Source: Candidatus Eiseniibacteriota bacterium
GTDB taxonomy: Bacteria; Eisenbacteria; RBG-16-71-46
Direction of reading: 5' to 3'
NCBI GenBank assembly: GCA_041483195.1
Contig: JBGPFC010000008.1
Location: 44,977 to 108,976, forward strand
DNA length: 64,000 nucleotides
Shown: one piece after another, positions 10,301 to 21,695 of the stretch
Numbering within the stretch: the first letter of the stretch is position 1
Layout of the letters: every line of letters begins with the position of its first letter
Made by a program: the position numbers and the translations under genes
The notes under the pieces: generated by a model
Seen by the model: the letters and a program-made list of their open reading frames with translations, nothing else
Told to the model about the DNA's origin: nothing
Database searches by the model: none

Positions 10301-13300
10301 CGATGTTGTTGTTGAGGTTGAGGTCCTCGGTGTCGGGAACCGGATTCAGCGTGTGATTGTTCTCGGTGCCGTTCGCGAAGCGGAACCGCGCCGGATCCAT
10401 GTCCTCGGGCGGACCTTCGGGGACCGCGCGAAAATCATCGCCTTCGGGATCGGAGGACCCCGCGGTGCTCAGATCCCGGATCGGGACGCCCTTCGCGATC
10501 TCCTCGCTGTCGAGCTTGCCATCGAGCCCGGTGTCCTCGTCGTTGCGGTCCGTCACCGTCAGCTGGTGGTCGGGCGGCGAACCCTGGTCTTCGGTCTCGA
10601 GCCGGCCGTCGGGCAGCACGTCGGGCGAAGGCATCTGGTCTTCGCTCACCACGCCCAGGTCGATGTGGAGCTTCACGTGCCGGTTGCGCACGCGGGTGAG
10701 GTCGTCGAAATCGTTGACCCAGAGCTCGATGAACTGGGAGCGCGACAGATCCAGGCCGACCTGGTCGAGCGGAAAGGTGAGCCCGGCCCACAGGAAGTCC
10801 GTCGACTGGGACGTGAGCGGCCGCCGCGGAATGGACAACGCGAGCACCTGATGCGCGGTCTGAGCGCCCTGGGCGTCCGAGAGATTGGGCTTGAGGTCGC
10901 GTTCCTTGATCGCGGCCGGGGGCGAGAACCAGTGGATCTCGGCCTTCCGGCGGCGCGGCACGAGCAGGGTGTCGGTGAGCGGAATCTCGAACCCGCCGCT
11001 CTTGAGGCTCGGCACGCTCGACAATTCCCAGCGCTCCGGGCTCATCGAGACCGTGACGGCGTCGCGCACGCCTTCCATGTCGTCGATGTAGACCACGTTG
11101 CGCGTGTTGGGATTGGGGTACGAAGCGCCCATCTCCGCCTGCACGCTCAGATCGGAGGGCGCCGTCGTTCGCACGCCCGGCAGCCGGTCCACCAGCCGCG
11201 TCACCCACTCGGGATGAAAACCCCAGGCGGTGTTGAGATCGCCGATCAGGCTGCGCGACGGCTCCTCGCCGAGCCGCGGCCGCAGGTCCTGCGCGCCCTT
11301 GCTCTCGTACATGAACGCGCCGCCGAAGCTCTTGTCCCGGCCCTCGAGCCGGAACGCGTTCCCGACCAGCGTGCGCCCCGCCTGCTGGAAGAGCGGGGCG
11401 TACGAGTAGTCGATGTTGAGCTGGTCGGCCGGACCGAGCTGTCGCTTCAGGACGACGCGACCCAGGTCGTAGTCGATGGTGTAGTCGCGATCCCGGACCA
11501 GCGCCTGGCCGTTGATCGTCACGACGTCCGAGCCCTCGATCAGGGTGCCGCGGCCCAGGTTGATCTCGCCCTGCGCGCGCGCCGCCGTGAACTCCGCGTC
11601 GATGTAGTAGCGGGTATCGAGCGAGCGCTGCAGGTAATACTGATCGTAGATCGCGGCGTTCGCCCCGTTCGAGCTGTCCGGCGGCCCCACCAGCGAGTCC
11701 CGACGGTTCAGCGCGTTGCTGACGAACTGGTCGAACGGATACCGCGGGTGAACACGGCCGTCGGTCCCCAGGAAATTGTGCCCCACGCGCGGGGCGAACG
11801 GGCGGAGATCGAAGAAGAACAGCGTCCCGTTCTCGAAGTCCACGAACAGCTGCCGGCTGTCGGTGGTGGCCGCGGCGCCGTCCACCTTGCCGTCGTGCCC
11901 GGGATCGAGCGTCCCGCGCGTCTGGTCGAAATTATCGAGACCCAGCACCTCGATGTACGGCACCGCGCTGTCGCCGCGCGAGCGGATGAACGTCACCGGC
12001 GGGTCGTCGACGCCCTTGCGGATGGTGAGCGTGAAGCTGGCCGGGTCGATCCGCTGGCCGGCCAGCTGGTAGAAATTGTGAAGCTCGAGATCGCGGGTCG
12101 AGACGAAGACGTTCGTGGTGTCGAAGTTCCCGGAGTCGTCGGGCCGGATGACGCTGGCGGGCGCACGCAGCAGCTTCATGAAGCGGCGCTGGGCTCCGTC
12201 CGCCTCCACCGAGTCCTGTCCTCCGACCGGAAACTCCGGGCCGGGCGTGCCGCCGGGCCCGATGCGCCGCGCGTTGTAGGTGATGGCCAGACGCTGCTCG
12301 CCGGTCACGGCGCGGTGCATGCGGATGATCTTGTAGAACGGGTTGTAGACGTTGTCGAGAATCTCGTAGTCCTGATCGGCGCCGGGATGGAGCGGCGCAA
12401 AGACGCCGCGCACCGAGGTCGAGTCGTTGCAGCCCGGGCAGGTGAGACCGAGATCGACGAAGGCCCGCCCCGCGACCGAGTTCTGGTCGTTGCTGTAGTT
12501 GTAGTCGTCGAGGTAGAGCTGCACGCTGGTGTTCGGGATGTCGAGCAGATCGAGGTTGGGATCGTAGAGAAAGAAGTAGACGCCCTTCATGTAGTCGAGG
12601 TCGGCGAGCGTCTGGGTCTGCCGGGACGCTCCCCCCGAGTACGCCGCGCGCTCGCTCTTCCCCTCCTGCTTGCTGGCGAGCACCGTGAAGTCGAGCGGCC
12701 CGAGACGCATCGCGGTCTTCACCCCGAACAATCCCTCGTTCTTGCCGCTGTAGGAGACGTATTGCGTGCCCGGCAGCGAGAGGTTCGTGTTCCCGAGGTC
12801 GAGCGCCTGCACGACGTCGTCCTCGTCGCCCTTGTAATTGATCGCGATGCGGTTCGCGAGCGGGATCTGAATGCCCGAATTCTGAAGCAGGTTGACGCGA
12901 ATGCGGTCGGAGAGCTGGCCCTCGAGCTGAATGTTGAGGTCCTGCTGCATGTCGAGCGATGGGAACAGCGATGGCTTGCGCCCGAGCGGACCGAGCTGCT
13001 GGTTCGTCCAGTTGCTCTGCCCGGAGAGCCGGATGTTCTCCGATCCCGACACGTTGAGCGCGGGGCCCCCGGGGCCCAGCAGGCTCTGCACCTTTCGCGG
13101 GAGCGGCGAGGGGAGCTTGAACGAGAGCCCCCCCGGCGCGGCGGAGGCGGCCGCGGTGGGCGCCAGGCTCGAGGTGCGGATCGCCAGAGCGGAGCGTTCC
13201 AGCCATTGTCGCTGGAAGCTGCGCTGGGTGAGATCGGCGCTGTAGAACTGCAGCGGCTCGCGCATCCCGTCTCCGATCCGCGCCGAGCCCACCTCGGAGA

Positions 13301-13583
13301 ACGCGTTCACCGTCCCAGAGTCGGGATCGAAACCGATGCGGAGCTGGCGCGGGTCGTACTTCAACTTGAGCCCCCGCGGCGACGGCTGGAGCGACGGCAG
13401 CGTCGGCCGCACCAGGTGGTCCTCCAGTGCCAGGCGGGATGAGGTCTTCCACTGCGGCGGCAGGGTGTCGGCCGGCGCCGGGGGCGTTCGCTTGAGCTTG
13501 ATCCCGTGAAGCCAGGGCAGGCCCGGCACGCCCGACAGCCCCAGAATCAGCGTGACGGCCGGCAGCGTCAGGGAGGTCAGCAT
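7371..13583 (-). CDS. sprA: SprA/Sov-like giant outer-membrane beta-barrel (type IX secretion translocon homologue), 2070 aa
   Basis: SprA signatures: LEGQLSDRIRVN...INYKGDEDDVVQALDLGNTNLSLP...GLFGVKT, EGSDVVTING...DYTIDYDLG, YIDDMEG, DLGVVSED, EDTGLDG, DTEDLN; amphipathic beta-strand C-terminus ending in Phe. Confidence 0.9.
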   Translation of the reverse strand: MLTSLTLPAVTLILGLSGVPGLPWLHGIKLKRTPPAPADTLPPQWKTSSRLALEDHLVRPTLPSLQPSPRGLKLKYDPRQLRIGFDPDSGTVNAFSEVGSARIGDGMREPLQFYSADLTQRSFQRQWLERSALAIRTSSLAPTAAASAAPGGLSFKLPSPLPRKVQSLLGPGGPALNVSGSENIRLSGQSNWTNQQLGPLGRKPSLFPSLDMQQDLNIQLEGQLSDRIRVNLLQNSGIQIPLANRIAINYKGDEDDVVQALDLGNTNLSLPGTQYVSYSGKNEGLFGVKTAMRLGPLDFTVLASKQEGKSERAAYSGGASRQTQTLADLDYMKGVYFFLYDPNLDLLDIPNTSVQLYLDDYNYSNDQNSVAGRAFVDLGLTCPGCNDSTSVRGVFAPLHPGADQDYEILDNVYNPFYKIIRMHRAVTGEQRLAITYNARRIGPGGTPGPEFPVGGQDSVEADGAQRRFMKLLRAPASVIRPDDSGNFDTTNVFVSTRDLELHNFYQLAGQRIDPASFTLTIRKGVDDPPVTFIRSRGDSAVPYIEVLGLDNFDQTRGTLDPGHDGKVDGAAATTDSRQLFVDFENGTLFFFDLRPFAPRVGHNFLGTDGRVHPRYPFDQFVSNALNRRDSLVGPPDSSNGANAAIYDQYYLQRSLDTRYYIDAEFTAARAQGEINLGRGTLIEGSDVVTINGQALVRDRDYTIDYDLGRVVLKRQLGPADQLNIDYSYAPLFQQAGRTLVGNAFRLEGRDKSFGGAFMYESKGAQDLRPRLGEEPSRSLIGDLNTAWGFHPEWVTRLVDRLPGVRTTAPSDLSVQAEMGASYPNPNTRNVVYIDDMEGVRDAVTVSMSPERWELSSVPSLKSGGFEIPLTDTLLVPRRRKAEIHWFSPPAAIKERDLKPNLSDAQGAQTAHQVLALSIPRRPLTSQSTDFLWAGLTFPLDQVGLDLSRSQFIELWVNDFDDLTRVRNRHVKLHIDLGVVSEDQMPSPDVLPDGRLETEDQGSPPDHQLTVTDRNDEDTGLDGKLDSEEIAKGVPIRDLSTAGSSDPEGDDFRAVPEGPPEDMDPARFRFANGTENNHTLNPVPDTEDLNLNNNIDTAEDYFEYSVDLCDTCDTYLETDVRRDFVSPPPRNPVRADNGWRRYRIPINDALRVKFGAPDLTLARHVRVWVDSLVDPDPAARPLLMLGGLEIVGSRWQGTPLTPDQEQFETTLTLNSLNNVDNADEYTAPFDPGTDRSGGLPLSRREQSLGLEFTQLAPDDTLEVFKTFSIDENYSRYGSLNFWIGGSRFEDYAALADSLENIQYFVRFASDELGRNYYEYKARLPIDPDSTRIPWQEVRLKLTDLSNLKLGFPTTDPMYRVPGPAGNDSIIIKGRPSFTRLRRVSFGIINANRSPLHVMPGGRVLFDELRATDVAKDAGYAKRMQVNGRLANLASYNLSWNARDANFQSVGESRGSGSSSDQLNMGTSIDLHRFFEATGIVLPLALNYARSSSKPRFNAGDDILRTGAFEAASETRGETRSLATSYRRQWSDRANPILRYTLGGVTVSHSRSQTDSRNPTSVGTSTSKSSAVNYGIAPRSLLAIPLPLTKARFYPLPERFYWNYAVSSSQSRAFDRTRDGGLLLRNSVAGRAASVNFGADTRPFEFLHHHFEALRNLMLAPALREKIGPINFGRVVTWRQNMDARYVVNKGPWLSPSFGWGSNYSQDNRPELSPDLSVRSIGNNQSISGTWAVPFDRFGGARAGRPALGDTSRKVPRAPAISWRSMLARLGAISTEAAYNKSSGYSRLTGIPSVGYLAGLSDDPGLSTGSGSGMHAQFGNSSNRSMDWRASARTRLGLVLDATVMTRGEYTTRRTQMNGVSTRSVTSRFPDLDFEYGRIPNLLRIDRVLASPRIRTAFSRSTLTDYRTGDQTPTSVSTSSQWQPLLSLSGDFKNATRAELKIERRVTVRDNFQFFRSTRTDRNTDVNLSLSRSYSRGQKVKILGREKTVKSAVSLGLTGVYSRTSGETVTVGSRRAQLPIDQDRLSLNGRGDYSFSNSVTGGLVLGFGQNRDLQRQITSRNVRVEFRASFSF

Positions 13584-13719
13584 GGAAGCCCCAAACTATA
13601 CGCGCCTCCGAGGATGGAGGCGCAGGGGGCGACCGTAGCAGGCCAAGCTTCAGCGGTCAAAGCCTTTACGGGCAAATGTGTTCGCTCCAGAGCCGGCCGA
13701 TGGGGTAGTGTGCGCGATC

Positions 13720-15087
13720 GTGCGCATCCTTCGTACCTACATACTCCGACTGCATCTGGTTCCCTTCCTGCTCGGGTTCGGCGTCGTCACGTTCATCCTC
13801 GAGATGGACGTGATGTTCGACTACCTCGACCTCGTGGTAAACCGGGGGGTCGCGCTGGGTGTGGTGGCCCAGTTGTTCCTGCTTTCGCTCGGCTACATCA
13901 TCGCGCTCTCGGCGCCGTGCGCGGTGCTGATCGCCGTCCTGATGACCTTCGGCCGCCTGTCGCAGGACAACGAGATCACCGCGCTGCGAGCCAGCGGCGT
14001 CAACCTGGCGCAGGTGCTGATCGGCCCGCTGCTCGCTGCGGTCGCCCTCCAGTTCGGGCTCACCTACTTCAACAACCGCGTGCTGCCCGAGACCAATCAC
14101 GCGTTCGCCAATCTGCTGATCGACATCGGGCGCATGCGCCCCACCGTTCGCCTGCAGGAGGGCGTGTTCATCACCGACTTTCCCGGTTACAACCTGCTGG
14201 TGCAATCCGTGAACGGCCGCACCAACGAGATGAGCGGGGTGACGATCTACAAGCTCAATCCCGGTGTGCCGCCCACCACGATCCTCGCGAAGCACGGCAC
14301 GCTCGAGTACACGCCGGACGGAAAGACCGCGGTGCTGCGGCTGCGTGACGGCGAGATCCACGAGATCCCGTCGGAAGAGGGTGGATCGCGACGCTACCGG
14401 CGGATGGTGTTCAAGACCCACGTCATCTACATCTCCGGCGCCGGCGGGCTGCTGGAGCACACGGTGCGCGACTCGCGCAGCGACCGCGAGATGACGACCG
14501 ATGCGCTGATCGATGAACGCGCCAGCATGCGCGAGCAGTACGATCGGGCGATCGCGCTCCGTCGCGACCGGCTTCGGCAGATGGGCGCGCCCGGACCCGT
14601 GATCGACGCGCTCGCGCCGGAGCGGCTTCCGTGGAGCGGACAGGTGCGCGCGACCTGGGCGGCGCTGGTCTCGCGCGAAGACCCGCTCGAGCGGTTCGCG
14701 AGCGCGCAGCCGGCGCTCCGTACCGAGATCGACCTGTGGCGGGTGGAACGCTCCGCGCTGAGACGCCGGATCGCATCGCTCTCGGTGGAGATCCAGAAGA
14801 AGTACTCGCTGCCGGCGGCGTGCGTGGTGTTCGTGTTGCTCGGGGCGCCGCTCGGGATGCGCGTGCGGCGCGCCGGCCCGGCCGTGGCGTTCGTATCGAT
14901 CGCGTTCTTCCTGTTCTACTACCTGTGTCTGATCGGCGGCGAGGAGCTCGCCAACCGGCTGTTGCTGCCGCCCTGGCTCTCGATGTGGCTCCCCAACCTG
15001 GTGCTCGGCGCGTGGGGCCTGGTCGCGACCCTGCGCACCTGCGAACTGTGGCGCCCGCGCGCGCGCCCGGCGGCACGGCCCGCTTGA
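13720..15087 (+). CDS. lptF: LPS export ABC transporter permease LptF (with a large periplasmic insertion)
   Basis: VRILRTYILR, FGRLSQDNEITALRASG and EIQKKYSLPAAC...LGAPLG (YjgP/YjgQ family); GTG start at 13720. Confidence 0.9.
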   Translation: MRILRTYILRLHLVPFLLGFGVVTFILEMDVMFDYLDLVVNRGVALGVVAQLFLLSLGYIIALSAPCAVLIAVLMTFGRLSQDNEITALRASGVNLAQVLIGPLLAAVALQFGLTYFNNRVLPETNHAFANLLIDIGRMRPTVRLQEGVFITDFPGYNLLVQSVNGRTNEMSGVTIYKLNPGVPPTTILAKHGTLEYTPDGKTAVLRLRDGEIHEIPSEEGGSRRYRRMVFKTHVIYISGAGGLLEHTVRDSRSDREMTTDALIDERASMREQYDRAIALRRDRLRQMGAPGPVIDALAPERLPWSGQVRATWAALVSREDPLERFASAQPALRTEIDLWRVERSALRRRIASLSVEIQKKYSLPAACVVFVLLGAPLGMRVRRAGPAVAFVSIAFFLFYYLCLIGGEELANRLLLPPWLSMWLPNLVLGAWGLVATLRTCELWRPRARPAARPA

Positions 15088-16163
15088 AGATCCTCGACCG
15101 CTACGTGCTCCGCGAGTTCATGGGCTACGTCGCGCTCGGGCTGGCGGGCTTCATCGTCATCTTCGTGGTGGTGGATCTCTTCGAGAAGATCGACGTCTTC
15201 CTGGATCATCGCGCGCCGTTCGAGTTGATCGCGCGCTTCTACCTGTACCGCGCGCCGGAGGTGGTGGTGCAGGTGCTGCCGGTCGCGCTGCTGCTCGCCA
15301 CCTTTCTCGCGCTCGGCCAGCTCAACAAGTTCGGTGAGCTCACGGCGATGCGCTCGGCGGGCCTGCCGCTCATGCGCATCCTCACCACGGTGTTCGCGAG
15401 CGCGCTCGCCGCGGCCGCGATCTCGCTCCTGCTCGGCGAACTGGTGGTGCCGGCCGCGAACCGCGAACGCGACCGCATCTACGACGAGCAGATCCAGCGC
15501 CTCAAGCGCGATCTGGTGACCGAGCGCGCCGACGTGACCTACCTGGGGAACGGCGGTCGGATCTTCTACATCCGCCTCTACCTCGTGCTCGAGAAGCGCA
15601 TGCACGAGGTCGCGCTCCAGGAGTTCGCGCACGGGGACCTGGTACGGCGCATCGACGCGGCCGAGGCGACCTGGGACGGACATCAGTGGGTGTTCGCATC
15701 GGGCTACATCCGCCGCTTCGAGGCGGGCCGGGAGATCGCGACCCCGTTCCAGCGCCTTCCGGCCCCCGATCTGGGCGAGACGCCGGACGATTTCGCCAAG
15801 GAGAGCCTCAAGCCCGCCGAGATGAACTACCTCCAGCTGCGCCGCTACATCGTGCGGCTGCGCGCGAGCGGTTTGCGGGTCGCAAACTACCTGGTGGACC
15901 TCCATCTCAAGCTCGCGTTCCCGCTCTTCAACATCATCGTGGTCATGATCGGAGCGTCGGTGGCCACCCGGCTCCGGCTCCAGAGCCCCGCGCTCGGCTT
16001 CGGGCTCTCGGTGTGCATCGCGTTCGTGTTCTGGGGCAGCATGCAGCTCGGCAAGGCGCTCGGCCACAGCGGCATGATGCCGCCGTACGTCGCGGCCTGG
16101 TTCAGCGACGTGTTGTTCGGCGCGGTGGGCGTTGGGCTGCTCGCGGACGCGCAGCGGAACTGA
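15084..16163 (+). CDS. lptG: LPS export ABC transporter permease LptG
   Basis: TTG start overlapping the lptF stop; LKILDRYVLREF, LNKFGELTAMRSAG, LHLKLAFP. Confidence 0.9.
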   Translation: MKILDRYVLREFMGYVALGLAGFIVIFVVVDLFEKIDVFLDHRAPFELIARFYLYRAPEVVVQVLPVALLLATFLALGQLNKFGELTAMRSAGLPLMRILTTVFASALAAAAISLLLGELVVPAANRERDRIYDEQIQRLKRDLVTERADVTYLGNGGRIFYIRLYLVLEKRMHEVALQEFAHGDLVRRIDAAEATWDGHQWVFASGYIRRFEAGREIATPFQRLPAPDLGETPDDFAKESLKPAEMNYLQLRRYIVRLRASGLRVANYLVDLHLKLAFPLFNIIVVMIGASVATRLRLQSPALGFGLSVCIAFVFWGSMQLGKALGHSGMMPPYVAAWFSDVLFGAVGVGLLADAQRN

Positions 16164-16175
16164 GCGCTGCCGCGT

Positions 16176-16892
16176 TCAGATCTCGAAGGCGCGATCGATC
16201 CCATCGAGCGTCGCGCAGCGCTGGACGTCCCCGGCGAATGACGCATGGAGCGCACGCAGCGTGCGCGCGTGAGACGCGCCCTGCACCAGCGTGCGCACCG
16301 CCGTCGCGTCCCGCGGAGCGAGCGCGAGCGCCGCGCGCGCCGCCCCGCCCTCGATCGATGCCCCCCGGGCGGCGAGCGCGGCCGCGATCATCCCGGCGCA
16401 CGCCGCATCCTCGATCGCGAACCGTCCCTCCTTGCCGGCACAGAGCAGCAGCACGAAGCGCTCGCCCGCGAGCGCGCGCAACACGGCCGCCACGTTCACG
16501 AACGCCGCCAGCAGCCGCCGCCTGCATCCCGCCGCAGCGAGCAGCGCGAGCGAGCCGTTGGTCGACGCGAAGATCAGCGTGCGGTTCGCGACGACCTCGG
16601 CCGCGTACTCGGCCGGAGAGTTCCCGAGATCGAATCCCGGGATGCGCAGGCCCTGGCGTTCGCCGCACAGCAGCGCCCCGGGCTCGCGCGCCCGGATCGC
16701 GAGCGCGGCCTCCGGGCTCGCGACCGGAATCACGGCCCGCGCGCCGTTGTCGAGTGCCACGCTCAGCGTGGTGGTCGCGCGCAGGACGTCGATGACAACG
16801 GCCGTCGTGGTGCGCGGATCGCGCGGCCAGTCCCGAGGCGGCGCGGCGCGACGGGGTAAGGGTCCCGGCGCGAATTCGGCCCGGACGCGCAC
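16176..16892 (-). CDS. comB: 2-phosphosulfolactate phosphatase family protein
   Basis: VVIDVLRATTT, LCGERQG, FDLGNSP, STNG and EDAACAG motifs. Confidence 0.9.
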   Translation of the reverse strand: MRVRAEFAPGPLPRRAAPPRDWPRDPRTTTAVVIDVLRATTTLSVALDNGARAVIPVASPEAALAIRAREPGALLCGERQGLRIPGFDLGNSPAEYAAEVVANRTLIFASTNGSLALLAAAGCRRRLLAAFVNVAAVLRALAGERFVLLLCAGKEGRFAIEDAACAGMIAAALAARGASIEGGAARAALALAPRDATAVRTLVQGASHARTLRALHASFAGDVQRCATLDGIDRAFEI

Positions 16893-16900
16893 CGCGCCGC

Positions 16901-18268
<1,368 letters not shown>

Positions 18269-18278
18269 TCGCCCCCGG

Positions 18279-19478
18279 TCAGCCCATCCGGCCGGGACGA
18301 GACGCCCCGGCCGGCGTGGCCAGACCCGGGGACGCAGGCGAGGCGCCGCCCTTGTCGCGCTCGCCGCCGGTGGTCGCGGCGTCCACGGGCTGCCACATGC
18401 GATCGGAGGTGGCCGAGATGCCCTTGAGCTTGAGTCCGAGCTCGTTCGGATTCGAGCAGTTCTTGAGCGCCTCTTCCTCGGTGATCAGCCCCTCGCGCAG
18501 CAGGTGCAGCACCGATTGATCGAAGGTCTGCATTCCATACTGGGTGACGCCCTCGGCGACCAGGGCCCCGAGCAGCGAGACCTTGTCCGCATCGAGAATG
18601 TACTCGCGAATGGTGGGCGTGTTCACCATGACCTCGACCGCCGGCACGCGTCCCGCGCCGTCCGCGCGCGGGATCAGTCGCTGCGAGATCACGGCGCGCA
18701 GATTCGAGGCGATCGACAGGCGCACCTCGTCGTGCTGGTGGGGCGGGTAGAACGAGACGACGCGCTGGAGCGTCTGGACCACGTCGGTGGTGTGGAGCGT
18801 CGACATCACGAGGTGGCCGGTGTCGGCCGCCATCAGCGCGCTGCTCATGGTCTCGAGATCGCGGATCTCACCGACCAGGATGATGTCGGGGTCCTGGCGC
18901 AGCACGTACTTGAGACCGGCATGGAACGAGTGGGTGTCGAGCCCGACCTCGCGCTGGTGAATGAACGACAGGCGATCGCGGTGGAGGAACTCGATCGGGT
19001 CCTCGACCGTGATGATGTTGCGGTTGGTGACCTTGTTGATCGAGTCGATCATCGCGGCGAGCGTGGTGGACTTGCCGGACCCGGTGCGGCCGGTGACCAG
19101 GATCAGGCCGCGCGGCGTGAACGCCAGCTCGCTCACCACTGCCGGCAGATGCAGGTCCTCGAGGGTCGGCACGTCGACCGGCACGTGGCGCAGCGCGAGG
19201 GCCGGCGTGCCGCGCTGCATGAAGATGTTCGCGCGGAAGCGCGCGAGACCCGAGACTCCGAACGCGAAATCGATCTCGCTGTGGGTCGTGAAGTGCTGCC
19301 GCTGCTCTTCGTTGAGCAGCTGATTGCAGACATCGCGGAGATCCGCAGCGTTCGGGGGCGGCTCGTCGAGCGTGTAGAGTACGCCGTCGACGCGCACCAC
19401 CGGGGGCGTGCCGGTCTTGAGATGGAGATCGCTGGCCCGGGCGGCGATCATCTTTTCGAGCACGCTGCGGATGTTCAT
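18279..19478 (-). CDS. pilT: Type IV pilus retraction ATPase, PilT/PilU family
   Basis: ASDLHL, Walker [52 protein letters not shown]. Confidence 0.9.
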   Translation of the reverse strand: MNIRSVLEKMIAARASDLHLKTGTPPVVRVDGVLYTLDEPPPNAADLRDVCNQLLNEEQRQHFTTHSEIDFAFGVSGLARFRANIFMQRGTPALALRHVPVDVPTLEDLHLPAVVSELAFTPRGLILVTGRTGSGKSTTLAAMIDSINKVTNRNIITVEDPIEFLHRDRLSFIHQREVGLDTHSFHAGLKYVLRQDPDIILVGEIRDLETMSSALMAADTGHLVMSTLHTTDVVQTLQRVVSFYPPHQHDEVRLSIASNLRAVISQRLIPRADGAGRVPAVEVMVNTPTIREYILDADKVSLLGALVAEGVTQYGMQTFDQSVLHLLREGLITEEEALKNCSNPNELGLKLKGISATSDRMWQPVDAATTGGERDKGGASPASPGLATPAGASRPGRMG

Positions 19479-19509
19479 CCCGATCTCCCTGCCAGCCGGC
19501 TCGTCCCGA

Positions 19510-20091
19510 TCAGGCCGGGTCGACCAGGAACAGCTTCTGGCCGAACTCCACCGGATGGGCGTTCTCCACCAGGATCTCGACCACCCGTCCGCGCACTTCC
19601 GACTCGATCTCGTTCATGAGCTTCATGGCTTCGATGATGCAGACCGTCTGGCCCACCTCGACCATGCTGCCCACTTCTGCATAGAGATCGGCGTCGGGCG
19701 CGGGCGCCCGGTAGAAAGTCCCGACCATCGGAGACGTGATCGCGACGAGCCGCTCGCTTTTCGCGGGAGCCGCGGGGGCGTTCGCGCCCGGGGCGTGCCC
19801 CGCTCCTGCCGTCACCGGAGCGGGGGATTGACCGGCCGCGCCCGCGGCCGGAAACGCCACGGATACCGGAGCGCCTGGTTGGGCGGAGATTCGAACCGCC
19901 CTGCCGCCGGAACTGACCTCGATCTCACCGATGCCGGTGCGCTGAACCAGGCGGATGAGCCGACGAAGCTCCGCGAAATCGATGCCGCCTGGCATCGCGC
20001 TTCCGGCGTTATCGTCGCGGTTGGGAGTCGACTTGACCGGTTTGCTGGTGCGCGCGGCGCGGCGCGCGCGCTTAGGTCTCGCGGGCGGCAC
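19510..20091 (-). CDS. accB: Acetyl-CoA carboxylase biotin carboxyl carrier protein
   Basis: SPMVGTFY and [10 protein letters not shown] biotinylation motif; the start could alternatively be ATG 19995. Confidence 0.95.
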   Translation of the reverse strand: MPPARPKRARRAARTSKPVKSTPNRDDNAGSAMPGGIDFAELRRLIRLVQRTGIGEIEVSSGGRAVRISAQPGAPVSVAFPAAGAAGQSPAPVTAGAGHAPGANAPAAPAKSERLVAITSPMVGTFYRAPAPDADLYAEVGSMVEVGQTVCIIEAMKLMNEIESEVRGRVVEILVENAHPVEFGQKLFLVDPA

Positions 20092-20524
20092 GGGTGAGGT
20101 GCCCCGCCAGCGCCCGAAGCGCCAGCCGGTAGCTGTCGGCGCCGAACCCCTGGATCACGCCCAGGGCGACACCCGACACGGTGGATGCATGACGGAAGCT
20201 CTCTCTCGATTGGGGATTCGACACGTGCACCTCGACCACCGGCAGACCGGCCGCCGCGACCGCATCGCGCAGCGCGACGCTGCCGTGGGTGAGCCCTCCC
20301 GGGTTGAGCAGGACGCCGTCGGCGTGCGTCCTGGCATCGTGGAGCGCGTCGATCAACACACCCTCATGGTTGGACTGGCGACAGGTGACCTCGCAGCCGA
20401 GCTCCGCGCCGAGACTCTGAAGTCCGCGATCGATGCTCTCCAGCGTGGTGTGGCCGTACACTTCCGGCTCGCGGGTACCCAAGGCGTTGAGATTGGGGCC
20501 GTGCAGGACGAGGATGCGGGGCAT
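20072..20524 (-). CDS. aroQ: Type II 3-dehydroquinate dehydratase
   Basis: [37 protein letters not shown]. Confidence 0.96.
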   Translation of the reverse strand: MPRILVLHGPNLNALGTREPEVYGHTTLESIDRGLQSLGAELGCEVTCRQSNHEGVLIDALHDARTHADGVLLNPGGLTHGSVALRDAVAAAGLPVVEVHVSNPQSRESFRHASTVSGVALGVIQGFGADSYRLALRALAGHLTRAARET

Positions 20525-20550
20525 CGAGCCTCGACGATCGCCGCGCCCGC

Positions 20551-21654
20551 TCAGGCGCAGGCGCCAGCTTCAAGCAGCGCCGCCTGCACGAGGCGGCCGG
20601 ATATCAGGCGCGGCACGCTAGCATGGCCCACCCGAGGCGTCAACACCCAGCGCACTCCCGAAGCGCTTCGCTTCTTGTCCTGTCGCATCGCGGCCAGCAG
20701 GCGGGACAGCGGCGTCGGCGGCATGCGGCGTGGAAGCCCGAGCGCATCGAGCACAGCTTCGAGCCTCGCACGCGCGGCGGGATCGAGGCCGGCCACGCGC
20801 ACCGAGAGTGCGGCGGCGACTCGCATCCCGATCGCGACCGCCTCGCCGTGCAGCGGTCCGCGGTAGTCCCGGCTGGCTTCGATGGCGTGTCCCAGCGTGT
20901 GCCCGAAGTTCAAGGCCGTCCGCCCGCCGCGCCGGCGTTCGTGCTCGTCCCGCCGCACGACGCGGGCCTTCGCGCGGATGGCGCGTTCGATCGCGCCAGC
21001 GAGCGCGTCGGGCTCTCCCGCCGCGAGCGCGACGAGATGCCGCTCGATCCAGGCGAACAGGCGCGGGTCCACCGCCATGCCGGCCTTCACGACCTCCGCG
21101 AGACCCGCGCGGCGCTGCCGCGCCGGTAGCGTGGCGAGCAGGTGCGGATCCACCAGCACCCCGACCGGCTGGTGAAACGCGCCCGCCAGATTCTTCCCGG
21201 CGGGGAGATCGACCGCGGTCTTCCCCCCGACGCTGCTGTCCACCTGTGCGAGCAGGGTGGTCGGCAGGGCGATCCAGTCCACGCCCCGCAGGTAGGTCGC
21301 GGCCGCGAACCCGGCGAGATCGCCGATCACGCCGCCGCCGAGCGCGACGATCGCGTCCTCGCGATCGAGACCCAGCTCCGTGAGGCGGTCCCAGAGGCGC
21401 GCCAGCTGCGCCGATCCCTTGGTGCGCTCCCCGGGCGCGAGCACGATCGCGGTCGCCGTGAGTCCCGCGCCCCGGAGCGACCGCAGCGCCCGCCCCGCGT
21501 GGAGCCGCGCGACGTTGCGATCGCTCACCACCGCGAATCTCCGCGCGCGCGTGACGAGTCGCGCGAACGACCCGAGCCGGACGAGCCCGCCGGGATCGAT
21601 GCGCAGACGCGAACGCCGGGACGCGGACGGATATCGGATGACGAGATCGGCCAT
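20551..21654 (-). CDS. aroB: 3-dehydroquinate synthase
   Basis: [48 protein letters not shown]; ATG at 21654. Confidence 0.95.
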   Translation of the reverse strand: MADLVIRYPSASRRSRLRIDPGGLVRLGSFARLVTRARRFAVVSDRNVARLHAGRALRSLRGAGLTATAIVLAPGERTKGSAQLARLWDRLTELGLDREDAIVALGGGVIGDLAGFAAATYLRGVDWIALPTTLLAQVDSSVGGKTAVDLPAGKNLAGAFHQPVGVLVDPHLLATLPARQRRAGLAEVVKAGMAVDPRLFAWIERHLVALAAGEPDALAGAIERAIRAKARVVRRDEHERRRGGRTALNFGHTLGHAIEASRDYRGPLHGEAVAIGMRVAAALSVRVAGLDPAARARLEAVLDALGLPRRMPPTPLSRLLAAMRQDKKRSASGVRWVLTPRVGHASVPRLISGRLVQAALLEAGACA

Positions 21655-21695
21655 CGGCGCACTATACACAACCGGTTGCCGCGCGGGATCGCGCG

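Noticed and set aside
6549-13442. Very long plus-strand ORFs (855 and 1422 aa) antisense to sprA
   Set aside because: Shadow ORFs produced by GC-biased codon usage on the opposite strand; no motifs. The same applies to most overlapping ORFs in the track (e.g. 2112-4574, 49516-51951, 55474-57999).
13673-13703. Third sigma28-like promoter (GCCGAT) upstream of lptF
   Set aside because: No TCAAG/TAAA element at the correct spacing; a TAGTGT -10 box explains the region better.
16176-16892. Coenzyme M biosynthesis
   Set aside because: comB-like phosphatases are widespread orphans; no comA or other pathway genes in the window.
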